Source: Eledone cirrhosa (taxonomy: Eukaryota). From it: 64,000 nucleotides of DNA. The notes below the pieces were generated by a model. The model saw nothing but the letters and a program-made list of their open reading frames with translations, had not been told where the DNA came from and ran no database searches. Of this stretch, positions 38,450-50,144 are shown in pieces. Position numbers and translations under genes: made by a program. Location: NCBI GenBank assembly GCA_964016885.1, contig OZ024740.1:207142001-207206000 (forward strand), written 5' to 3'. The first letter of the stretch is position 1. Each line of letters opens with the position of its first letter.

Positions 38450-38615
38450 CTCACGACAAATGACGGAAGTATTGCGTGTTTGGAGGCCAGATTCGTCGAT
38501 AACGCGAAAAAAAAAAAATTCCACCAAACACGAGAGGACTGTAGATCTGCGAATTTCAGAGGTTCTTCCTCCCTTTCTCCCCCACTTTCTTCAGTGGTAT
38601 CTGACTTGCTTCGAG
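38450..38615 (+). promoter_or_regulatory. Probable RCC1L promoter and non-coding first exon
   Basis: CpG-containing patch with the ETS motif CGGAAGT (38464) and a candidate donor GAG|GTCAGA at 38616. The RCC1L ATG sits directly behind an acceptor, so an upstream exon is expected. Confidence 0.4.
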
Positions 38616-38722
38616 GTCAGATTCATTGATAACATACATTTTTTTTTTTTTTAAATGGTAACAAAAATTTCCCTGGAAAAAAAACTCAATTACGGCATGT
38701 TCCAAGTCAGATTAGTTGTAAG

Positions 38723-38765
<43 letters not shown>

Positions 38766-39100
38766 ATACACATACACATACAGAGAGAGAGAGATAGAGG
38801 AAAAATAATTATTTCCCACAGAAATCGATAGGGGTGTTTTTCTATAAATTTACCCAAATCTCAAGCTCAGCTTTACCTTTCTTCCTTTTAGGTTTGATAA
38901 AATAAAGTACTAGTCCATGATAGTAGATTGGCTGTAATTTCTTCCTTTGTTACCTGGGGTTTTAACAATCACCTGATTCTTGGGTGATTTTAGCAGAGTT
39001 CATTCTGTTACAAGCATTTGGTTTTTGGCTCTGGCTTTATAACTCCCCGTGTGTGTGTGTGTGTGTATTGGCCCACAGTGAAGCCTAATACTGAAACAGT

Positions 39101-39285
39101 GGCGGTGGATTGGCAGTATCGGTAGAGGGTCGGACGCCATGCTTTCAAGCATAGTTACGTCCCTTTACGATCTGAGTTCAAATCCCGCCGAGGTTGACTT
39201 TGCCTTTCATCCTTACGGGGTCGATAAAATAAAGTACCAGTAATGCACTGGGTAATTGCTGGCCTTGTGCCTAAAGTAGAAACAA
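39101..39285 (+). mobile_element. Well-preserved SINE family 1 copy
   Basis: A box TGGCAGTATCGG, B box GTTCAAATCC, central GTTGACTTTGCCTTTCATCCTTACGGGGTCGATAAAATAAAGTACCAG. Confidence 0.9.
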
Positions 39286-39404
39286 GTATAAGCTTAAACT
39301 GAAATAATATCTACCCTCTACTTTTCTTAAGTATAGAGTACTATGTTGAATAATGGTTATACTGGTCTTAACTAGTTACATCTCATTTATCTGTCTATAT
39401 ACAG

Positions 39405-39435
<31 letters not shown>

Positions 39436-40019
39436 GAATAATCGAGTATCGAAAAATCGGCGCACGAGTTCACGATAAACAAAATTCGAAATGAGTGGCA
39501 GAGGGCTCAATAATTCAGATAAATCAGAGCTATAACTATCGTTAAAATACCAACACACATAGAACATGTCTAAAATCAACCATACGACCGAAAAATTACG
39601 ATCTGGAAGATTCGGGTCACTCAGATAAAATATCAATAAATCAATAAATCAAATGAATGTAAAAAGCTTACCCGGACCCGCTAGAAAGATGGTAAATCTA
39701 GCTTCTTGGGTTTCTGTAAATCCTTAAATCGCCCTCTATCACCCCACATAAAAATATATAAGACTTCTAGAGAGCAGCGGACAGGAATTACTTTCTCAAC
39801 GAGCTTTTGTCCGAACGAATAAAAAGGCACAACCCAAGTTGAAAACGCACATGGAATTCAGCAAGGGAGATAACCTCTATATCCGCAAAAAATATTCGGG
39901 AAAATGTGGAAAATCACATATCGAATAAGAGTGCTCAATAGACATGTTAAAATAAACAGGAGCTATTCATCATTTAATAGAATCGACAAAATATATACAG
40001 TATATACTAGAATATATAC

Positions 40020-40170
40020 TAGAAGAGGAAGACCAAGGTTAACATATGTTGATGCCCTAAGGACAAACACTGGTCTGTTGGAGATGCAGGATATGGCAGC
40101 GATAATGAGGAACAGAGACCGCTGGAGAGAACTCGTCCATGGATCTCGGGAATTTTACCCGCCTTAGATA
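40020..40170 (+). mobile_element. RTE-type LINE extreme 3' fragment
   Basis: RRGRPRLTYVDALRTNTGL..MRNRDRWRELV. Confidence 0.65.
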
Positions 40171-40194
40171 GATATATATATATATATATATATA

Positions 40195-41476
40195 CAGGGT
40201 GCGGATGATATTTGTTCGCAAGATTACTGTCTAGGAAAAAATAACACAGTAGTTTTATTTTTTAAGATATATTTATCAAACTTGGGTCAGTTTATGTTCA
40301 TGACTTGTTCTTTCGATTTCACTCGATAAACCGCCATTGGCTTTGATGACGGCCTCAAGGCGGCCCGGAACCGGCTACAGGCCTTCGTCACTGTCCCCCC
40401 ACTTAAGCCCCTAAAGGCACTTGTGATCCTGGCCTTCAGATCGTCTTTCGTATTGCAGCTCAATCTGTTGGTGTCTCATTCCACTGTGCCCCACACAAAG
40501 AAGTCGAGGGGGTTGCAGTCAGGCGAGCTGGGAGGCCAGATGTCAGGTGAAGTGTGGTCGACGAAGTTCTCTGACAGCCAGGCTTGGGTCTTTCGGCTGA
40601 TATGGCAAGGTGCTGAGTCTTGCTGCCACACGAACAGCCTGCAGCTACCTGGTCGATCCAGGGTTTTACTACCTCACTCAGAACGCGGATGTAGCCATCG
40701 GTGTTCAGCTTGAGGCCCTCAGGGAAGAAGTGAGGTGACATGACGGCACCTAAGACCAATGTTGTCGCTGGAAACTTTGTCTGCATGACTCTGGGCACGT
40801 CTTTGGATGAGACAGCGAGCCACCTGTTGTTCTGGGAGTTGATCTTCTAGTCTTGGCAGAAGTTTTTCTCGTCGGAGAAAAACCACAGCATGTCTGGCAC
40901 CAGTGGGTGTTTCAACTTGTTGATCAGCTTCTTTGCGTTCTTCAGTCGCTTTTCTTGCATCGCCTTTGACAGAAATTGTCCTTTCCTCATCTTGTATGAA
41001 ACGTAGCGAATGTCTTCATGTACCACCAGCCTAATGAGCTTTTCATCCACACCTTTCTCCCTGCAATGGCACGCATCGACTTGCTAGGTTCATTGTTGAT
41101 GATATCCTGAACTTCAGCGACGAACTCAGGCGTTCTGAAGGCGTCAGATCGTCGATCATGTGTTTTCCTCTCTGATGTTGCTTCGTAGTCGAATCCTGAA
41201 TCTTCCAATTCCTTTCTGACCTTTTCCACCATTCTCCTGCTGACGCTGAGAAAGTCTGAAATTTCCTTATTTGTCCTCCCGGTGCGGATTCCAAGAAGAA
41301 CTCTGTGTCTCTTCCACAAATTTGGAGGTTCAAAATTATTCATAATCAATTATTCTGAAAATAAATAATGGAAATATAGTCACTGTTTTTATGAAGACAA
41401 GAGTGACAACGGAAGTAAAAAAAATTTGCATAAAATTAGCATTTGAAAATTGCGAACCAATATCGTCCACACCCTG
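40195..41476 (-). mobile_element. Tc1/mariner superfamily transposon, DD37D (maT) type, full-length but frameshifted
   Basis: 27-bp TIRs CAGGGTG(C/T)GGA(T/C)GATATT(T/G)GTTCGCAA flanked by TA. Transposase remnants FSDEKNF, WQQDSAPCH, WPPSSPDCNPLD. I counted 37 residues between the second and third D. Confidence 0.95.
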
Positions 41477-42715
41477 TATATACATATACAGAGAGAGTGG
41501 AATTGGAAATAGCACGGAAAATATATTTAAGGATCTGTTTTTCTTTTTTTCTTCTTTGATTCGTTAAAGTGACAATATTGGAAAAATGAGAGGAACAAAA
41601 AAGGAGTTTTATAATGTATATAAAATATAGCCGGTTTCAATGTATCAGTGTAAGCCATCTTATCAAATGTTGAATATTACAATTAAAAAGAATTAAAAAT
41701 TAAAGGTTAAGTGGTTAAGTGTTGAAAAGGTCTGTTCATCTTTCTTGTTGCGAAGACTGGGTCTAAAATAGAACCTTATATATATAGAGAGGTAGTTGTA
41801 GTAGTGTATATATATATATATATATACATACACATATTCAATGGAAGGAAGCCACAATAGAGGATGACCAAGAAAGACTTGGACAGAGGTGTGAGCAGAC
41901 CTTAAATCCCTTAGACTGGCAGAGGAGATGATGAAAGAACGCGATAAGTGGAGAGAGGCTGTGCTGAGAAGGACCCGTCCAACCCATGCAAGCATGGGAA
42001 AGCGGACGTAAAAATGATGATGATATATGCTGTATTTACAGCAAATGAGAGGTGTGGGTTCAACTCCCTTATGTGCTGATACCCATTTTTTTCTGTTCAG
42101 CGGGTTTATATGCTCCATTATTAGACTATGTTATAGTAAAAAATATTACAGCGAAGCTTCTATTTCTATTGTATATATGCTATTTTAAATATATTTCATA
42201 GCAAATATTTTGTTTTTATCATTGATCCTGTGAAGAGAAAGAAATTATCTCATGTTTTAAGCATTTCAACAGATTCACTTATCAATGCTCTTGCCAGCCT
42301 TCATGTCTTTCTCTCCCCATCACCACCATTGTCACCATTACAACCATCAGCATTATCACCATCACCATTCTTCCTAGCACTCTTTAGTCATGAGGAAGAC
42401 ATGAGCACCTGACCCAACTTGCTACAAATGGGACCACTCCTCTAACCCATGCTAGTGTGGAAAATGGACGTTAAATGATGATGACGATGATGATTGTGTT
42501 TGTGTCCATGTTTGTGTTTCTCTGTGTTTAAGTCTCACAACTTCGTGGTTTGACAAAAAAGTGTACTGGTGTCAATGTGATTGACTAAATCAAGGTGGTC
42601 ATTTAACGTAGCCATAGTCTACTAATTGAAACAAGTAAAAGTATATATATATATGTATGTGTGTATGTATACCATCTGTTATTGAGTTGCTTTATTCTTT
42701 GCTATTTTACTGTAG

Positions 42716-42932
42716 ATGGCGTTAACATGTCGGCTGTGTTCACCATTTCATCATATGGTGAAGACAAGGTTATCAACAGGGATACTGGTACCACGACACA
42801 TCTCCACCTGGAAGAAACGGATCATGAAACAACAAGCAATAGAAAATACTGTTGTCCAGTATTCAGAAGAGGATGTGAACCACCTGAATGAGAGGCTGTA
42901 TGTGTGGGGTTTCTCTGCCACTGGGGCACTGG
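42716..42932 (+). CDS. RCC1L: RCC1-like protein (WBSCR16), coding exon 1
   Basis: tgtag|ATG MALTCRLC..RLYVWGFSATGALG|gtgaga. The basic, hydroxylated N-terminus is compatible with a mitochondrial presequence. Phase 1. Confidence 0.9.
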
Positions 42933-44155
42933 GTGAGATCATTATTTATCTGATATAGTCACAGATGGTAGAGTAGAAGCACTGAATAGAAGAACTGTTT
43001 GTCTGAAATGGTCAGAAGTGGTATGGTGGGTATGTTGGTGACTGGATGTGGCTTTACTGTCACTAGTGTACATGGGAAGGTGGGTCTTCTGCAGATAATA
43101 TATATATCCCACTATACCTCTCCCCATATATCAAGTACTTATATGATTAGTGGTCTCCTCGGTTTCAGCACCACAGTTCCCCCCCCTCCCTCTCACTCTC
43201 TCATCTATTTATCTATCTATATGTGAGGGTAACCACAATAATGTACTCAATACATTAGTAGAGTAATTTCTTTTGAATGAAACAGTTATAGTCCTGTAGA
43301 AGCCATTTCTATATTAAACACGATATATATGTATCTAACTATAACTATATCTATATAAATTAGCGAGAATCGTATTTCAGCTCAGGAATTATATATATAT
43401 ACACACACACATACATATGATTATATATATATGCACACACACATACATATGATTATATATATATGCACACACATACACATGATTACAAGCTAATATAATA
43501 GGCACCACCACATCTGAAAATGATTAATAATAGTTTACATCTCTTTCTCTCTCTCTGTTGATCTAATTATAGCATGCTGATTATCAGAATGGTTAATTGT
43601 ATAGAAAAAGCCGATTTAGAGAAGTCACAACACCAAACTTCTGATGTATACAGGTGGGGTGAGAGAGAAATGTGCTGTGACCTTGAGCCAATAGTACAAG
43701 CAGCTTTCTGTCTGTAGTGTTTAGTGTAGGTTGCTGGAGAGTTTGATTCATCGTGGGTGATGGGAAGGATGGGAAGAGGAGAGAGAGAAATGAGTTGTAA
43801 GTGGCATGAGATCTGTCTGATCTGAGAAGAAAGGATATGACACATCTGTGGGGCAGAAGCCAGAGCATGTCTAAATGACTTTATACAAGTAAACTGGCCA
43901 TGTCTTAATCAGTTCTGTATGAGCAAGACATGGTCACCTGACCTGGCATTGCTCACAACAGGACATCTCGTCTAACTCATGCTAGTGTAGATAAATGGGC
44001 ATTAAACAGTGATGATGAAATTGAATGACTCTTTTTCTAGATGTTAGTTTGAATGTCTATATGGAGCATTAATTTATGACAGGAATATGAAGAATTAAAA
44101 AATTTTCGCTTCCAATAAAATTGATTAATTCTTTCTTTCTTTTTTTGATATGAAG

Positions 44156-44253
44156 GGATCAAATCTTATTTAAGACCAGGTGTGAAACAGACGCACCTGT
44201 CCTTTATGCATCATCCTGCGAGGTTGAAATTCTTTGATGAACACCATTTAAAG
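44156..44253 (+). CDS. RCC1L: RCC1-like protein, coding exon 2
   Basis: aag|(G)IKSYLRPGVKQTHLSFMHHPARLKFFDEHHLK|gtaaaa. Phases 1 to 0 fit both neighbours. Confidence 0.8.
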
Positions 44254-44558
44254 GTAAAAACAATACGAATATCACCATTTATAACAATCTATTTTGATAT
44301 CTAAACTAGTTGTGACCCCCCCCCCCTCTCTCTCTCTACCTTTTTCTCATTGTCTCTCTCTCTCACAGTCATATTCTCACACACACACATATTTACCCAT
44401 ATCCTTTACACACATATATATATTTATAGATGTTCCTTTATACACACATATCTTTACATGCACACACATATTCACCCTTTTACATATACACACATTTACA
44501 CATATATATTTACATGCACACATATACACACATACATCAATATTTTTTCTATTTTCAG

Positions 44559-44688
44559 ATTGGCAATGTTGCCTGTGGTTATGGATTTACTTTATTCCAA
44601 TCCATTTTAAATGGTTCCTCTGTACTTCTTGGCACTGGTATCAACACCGATTCTCAAATAGGATGTTATCAACTTCAGAAGGACACTG
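44559..44688 (+). CDS. RCC1L: RCC1-like protein, coding exon 3
   Basis: ttttcag|IGNVACGYGFTLF..GTGINTDSQIG..KDT|gtaagt. Confidence 0.93.
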
Positions 44689-44734
44689 GTAAGTCAGAAA
44701 CTAACTGACTGTTGGTTACTCTAGACCATTGCTA

Positions 44735-45013
44735 GGTTACAGTCTAGAACATTGTTAGTCAATCACTGGTTACAGTCTAGAACATTGTTAGTCAATCACT
44801 GGTTACAGTCTAGAACATTGTTAGTCCATCACTGGTTACAGTCTAGAACATTGTTAGTCCATCACTGGTTACAGTCTAGAACATTGTTAGTCCATCACTG
44901 GTTATATTCTAGAACATTGTTAGTCCATCACTGGTTACAGTCTAGAACATTTTTAGTCCATCACTGGTTACAGTCTAAAACATTTTTAGTCCATCACTGG
45001 TTACAGTCTAGAA
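44735..45013. repeat. 33-bp minisatellite, about 8 copies
   Basis: GGTTACAGTCTAGAACATTGTTAGTCCATCACT. Confidence 0.93.
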
Positions 45014-46501
45014 TAGGGTCAACAAACTACAGTCCATAGGCTAAATCTGGCCCATGGATTTTGTTGAATATGTGACATTGTATTGAAAAGTTATTTGTTC
45101 ACTTTATCAATCTTTGGTTAACCCTTTCTAGCCAGTTGCTAGGCAAGAAAATTGATTATGAACCATTGAAAACGTTAAAATCTTTAGTTGTGAAGTATTT
45201 TTTTGACAAACTTTTGTTGAGAGCTGTACTGTAACTCAAATATATTTTTACATACAGCATACCACAAATTTATCCAAACTGATCTCAAATTAAAACCATG
45301 TTTTCCTTGTGACATTATATATATTGAAACTAAAATAGTTGTGTTGAATGACTATAAATAACACCAATTGTGGCTGTTATTTAATTTTTATAACTCTAGT
45401 ATTGTCTTTATTTTTTACTGTTGTAATTCGTTAAGAAGCATTATTTTGTATTGAATTTCTGTAGTAATTGTAGTTGTACTACTATTTTTGTGGAGATAGT
45501 AGTGGTAGTAATAATTAACAAATGTGTGTGTGGTGGTATATAAATATATACATATATAATTGGCCTTGCAATCGAAAGGTTGTGAGTTCAATTCTCAGAC
45601 CGGGTGATGTGTTGTTTCCTTGAGCAAGACACTTTATTTCACATTGCTCCAGTTTACTCAGCTGTAGAAATGAGATGATAGGGACTGGGGTCCATATCAT
45701 TCCACTGCAAAGTGGTCGTGGAGGTGCCACGGCAAAAAAGCATCCAGTACTCACTGTAAATGAAGTTGGTGTTAGGAAGGGCATCCAGCTGTAGAAATCA
45801 AGCCAAAATCAGTTCCCGTCCCACCCTTGCAAGCAGGGAAAAAGCGGACGTAAAATGAAATGATGAATGATGATGAACAGGTCCAAACACAAAGGAACTA
45901 AACTCTCACTGCCTCTGTCTCTCCCACTCTCCCCAACTCTCACTATTATAAGCAAATGGGAGCCCATGCACTGGCTGCCTCTCGGCCTTGGTGGACAGAA
46001 TAGAGAAGGCGTTTCCTCAGAGGGTGGTGAGGGAGACACGCTGGAAGAGCCATTCCAGCTTGCAAAGCTCACACCTGCGAGTAGCTAACTGTGTCAATCG
46101 TGGTGAGTAGGGAGGTGGCCCTAGTGCCAAGGACACCAGAAGTCACCACTGTTACGTGCTCAACTGCAAACCTATCGGAGAGCGACTAAAGTCTGAGGGT
46201 AAAGCAGGGGTGATATATACTTTGTTGGGTGTCATCCATGTTTGTTGCAATGAGAAGGTGGCTGCTCCACTCAATGATATTATGTCTTAGATATGCAAAT
46301 TATTATAGGGGGATAGTACTTCAGCAGGCTATAACTTCTTTTTCTTCGCCACTGCGGGAGTAGTAATAGTAGTGGTGATGTAAAAAGAGAATTATACTAT
46401 TTTAGATTAGGCTTTTCATTTAAAAATGAAAGGTTGGTGATGGAGGTAGGAGGTTTAAATGTAATATCTTTCATGAAGGGTTAATATTTTTATATTTATA
46501 G

Positions 46502-46630
46502 AAAGGTTCCTTGATTACATAATTGAACCCACAAACATAGAACTGCCCCTCCTTCAGCCAAATGCGACAAAAATTATAGGCATGGCTGGTGGCCGTGCAC
46601 ATACAATCATTCTCACTGACCATGAAGGAG
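46502..46630 (+). CDS. RCC1L: RCC1-like protein, coding exon 4
   Basis: ttatag|(E)RFLDYIIEPTNIELPLLQPNATKIIGMAGGRAHTIILTDHEG|gtaagt. Confidence 0.93.
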
Positions 46631-47379
46631 GTAAGTGTGTTCAGTTTATTATATCTGATACTATTATTATAACTTTGCCTTTCATCCTTACGGGAGTCAA
46701 TAAAATAAAGTACCAGTAATGCACAGGGGTAATTGCTGGTCTTGTGCCAAAAGTAGAAACATTATTATTAATATCATTACTATTATTGGAATCCAGCTTT
46801 TCATGTTCTGAGCTTATTTGTGCTTGCTGAAGGGTGGTGGATTGACAGTATTGGTAGAGCGTCGGACACCATGCTTTGCGGCATAGAGCTATGGCCCTTT
46901 ACGTTCTGGTGTCAAATCCTGTTGAGGTTAGCGATGCTTTTCATCCTGACAAGGTCGATAAAATAAAGCACCAGTAATGCACTGGGGTTGATTTAATCAA
47001 CTTTCCCCTTCCCCCAAATTGTTGGTTTTGTGCCTAAGTCAGAAACCTTTACCATTACTATTACTGGAATCCAGCTTTTTATGTTCTGAGCTCAAATAAG
47101 CTACAGAAGAACTAGATACATAAGAGGGAACTCCTTTGATAACAGATATCTGGTGGTTATTGTTGACCTACAGTTAAACAAAAACTAGATAATCTGTTTA
47201 TTTTAATTGTCTAATGAATTACACCAAACATTTCTTTTATATATATATAATCATGTGTTTGTAACTAAAATTATATATTTTTTTTAAAAATGTATTTTTG
47301 CTTACAATGCTTACTTTTAATCTACTATACATTATTATACCTAAATATAATTTGTATAAATGAAACTTAAACTGATATA

Positions 47380-49441
47380 TCATCATCATCATCATTTTAC
47401 ATCCGCTTTTCCCTGCTTGCAAGGGTTGGATGGATCCTATTCAGCACAGCATCTCTCCACTTGTCACGGTCCCTCGTCATCTTCTCGGTGAGTTTCAGCG
47501 ATCTGAGGTCTGTTCTCACCACCTCCGCCCATGTTTTACGTGGTCTACCTCTTCTGCGTCTTCCTTCTACTGGGATTTCATGGCACTGCTTTACCCAGCG
47601 GTCATCCTCCATGCGCATCACATGCCCATACCATCTCAGCCTTCTCTCCTGCACACCACAACTTATCCCTCTTATACCCAGTTTCTTTCTCAACCTGTCC
47701 ATGCTTGGTCGTTCACGCACATTGACATTGCACATCCAACGAAGCATACTTGCTTCATATCTCTCCAGCCGTCGCATATCCTCTGCAGTTGCCGCCCATG
47801 TCTCACTACCATGCAGGATCGCGCATCTCACACAGGCATCATATAACCGTCCTTTCATATGCAGGGAGAAACCCTTTATCAACAAAGGAAGCAGCTTCCT
47901 AAATTTCTTCCAACCCGTCCTTATTCTAGATACTATGGCCTCGGAACACCCCCCTCCCATGCTAATCTGATCTCCTAGGTCCCGGAAGCTATCAACCACT
48001 TCTATAGACCCCACCTGCATTGGAAAAATGTGTCTATCACTGTGATTAATACTCCCAACTTTCCCTGTACATTTACTGCATACATAGTTTTCCCTACCTG
48101 TTAGTTTGTCTGCTACGCCACTACATCTCTTGTGTACCCAAGATCTGCATTGCGTACATTTTATGGAATTTATGCCAATTCCTTTCCTACATATCGAACA
48201 TGGCCATTTCCCTGATGGAATCGGAGTATTGTCCTCTCTTCTACTTATCAACAATTTTGTCTTAGCTATGTTCACTCTCAGTCCTCTTGATTCCAACTGC
48301 TGTTTCCATAGCCAGAATTTATTCTCTATCTCCTCTACTGATTCTGCTATAAGAGCCAGATCATCAGCATAGAGAAGTTCCTATGGGCATCCAGTCTTAA
48401 ACTCCTGTTATGGCTTGGAAGACTATAATGAACAAGAGTGGGCTGAGGACCGAACCCTGATGTACACCTACTTGTATCTGGAATTCCCCACTAAACTCCA
48501 TACTTACTCTCACTTTACTGACAGCACCCCTGTACATAGCTTGCACTGCCCTCACAAGCCATTCTTCCACACCTAGTTTCCTTAGGGACCACCAGATGAC
48601 AGATCGGGGTACCCTATCAAAGGCCTTCTCTAGGTCAACAAAAGCTATGTATAGTGGCTTATTCTTCTCTAAGAACTTCTCTTGTAGTTGCCACACTAAG
48701 AAGAGAGCATCTGTTGTACTTTTCCCAGGCACAAAACCAAACTGCATCTCATCTAGTTTGACCCTTTCTCTAATCAGTTGCGCTAATATTCTCTCTGCCA
48801 CTTTCATAACCTGATCCATCAGCTTTATGCCCTTATAATTACTCCTCTCTAGAGCATCCCCTTTAACTTTGTAGCAATTTATGAGAATACTGCTGCACCA
48901 GTCTTTGGGTAGGACACCACCATATATAACTTGATTGATGATGCATGCAACCAGTTTAATGCCTACTTCACCTGATGCCTGCAGCATCTATCCCCGATGG
49001 TCCAGCAGCCTTACCATTCTTCATTTCTTTAATTGCCTCTTGTACTTTATATTTGTCAATCTCAATAGCTGGTCCCTCTGTTGGGTCTACTAGGGGTAAT
49101 TTCTCTCTGTCCCATTTGTTCTCCACATTCATCAGTTTCTCATAGTGACATTTCCAGGCTTCCTTTTTTTGATCATTCGTGACACTAAGTACACCAGCAT
49201 CATTCCGGACACATTTATCTCCTACAAAATCCTGATTTGCACTGACACACTGCCTTGCAATGCAGAAAACTGCACGTCTCTGATCTTCCCGTCGCAGAAC
49301 GTTGGCAAACCTCCTACTCTCAGCCTCCCTGCGTGCTAAGTACACCTGACGTCTAGCTTCTCTCCTAGTAGCTGTGTATCATTCCCTACTCCCACCATTT
49401 TTCCAAGCCTTCCATGCCAGTCTTTTGTCTCTAATGGCCCT
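47380..49441 (-). mobile_element. 5'-truncated RTE-clade LINE with a PHD-like finger after the RT
   Basis: GKAAGPSGI, QFGFVPGKSTTDA, FVDLEKAFDRV, GVHQGSVLSP, LYADD, CSIC..CTQC..HKRC..CSKC, RLRWYGHVMR, RGRPRKTW. Ends in an (ATG)n tail. Confidence 0.95.
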
Positions 49442-49510
49442 ATCTATATATACACACACCTATATTCTCATTTTATTTGTTTTATTTTTTTCCCTCTTTA
49501 TCCTATAAAG

Positions 49511-49577
49511 TGTTCAGTCTTGGTAACAATTCATTTGGTCAATGTGGTAGACCTATTGTAGAAACAGAAAAATACAG
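49511..49577 (+). CDS. RCC1L: RCC1-like protein, coding exon 5
   Basis: ataaag|VFSLGNNSFGQCGRPIVETEKY|gtaaat. Confidence 0.93.
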
Positions 49578-50144
49578 GTAAATCCTATTTCTTTTCTCCA
49601 TAAATTAATTAATCAGTTACTTACTATCATCATCGCCGTTTAATGCTCATTTTTCCACGCTAGCGTGGGTTAGACAAGTTGTTCTGTTGTGAAACAAGCC
49701 GGATCAGATGACTGTCTTGCTACAGAACCATTTGTGGCTTGGTTTCTACAGCTAGCTGCCCTTCCTAATGTGTGGTGGATGCATTTTATTGTGACACTTA
49801 AACAGCCACTTTATTGTGTGGATATGTTATTTTACTAACGTGAGTTGTTATATAGATATTATTTACATATGTATAGTTGCATCATGTTTATTTTACAACT
49901 GGATATGTCTTTTGTAATACTAACTATTCTGTAAAACTTTAATTATGTATATATATAATAGATCATGAAAGGTATGCTGTAAATATTCCATATCAGTTAT
50001 GTTCATTTTATTTTTGTAATACAGAACAACCATATGTGGCAAATTGGCTGACATGTTAAAACATCAGTCAAAATACCTTGTAGATTTGATTCTGGTACCT
50101 TGCATTCACAGTTCAAATCTCACTGAGGTCAACTTTGCCTTTCA

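Noticed and set aside
39101-39190. tRNA gene suggested by A and B boxes
   Set aside because: No cloverleaf is evident, and the boxes are the head of a multi-copy SINE.
41628-41668. Possible additional minus-strand hammerhead (TGATAAG atg..cat TGAAA CCGG)
   Set aside because: The core is mutated, stem II is weak and there is no stem I, so it could be chance.
44752-45039. 95-aa ORF with an 11-aa repeat (HWLQSRTLLVH)
   Set aside because: It is the translation of the intronic 33-bp minisatellite and has no supporting gene structure.
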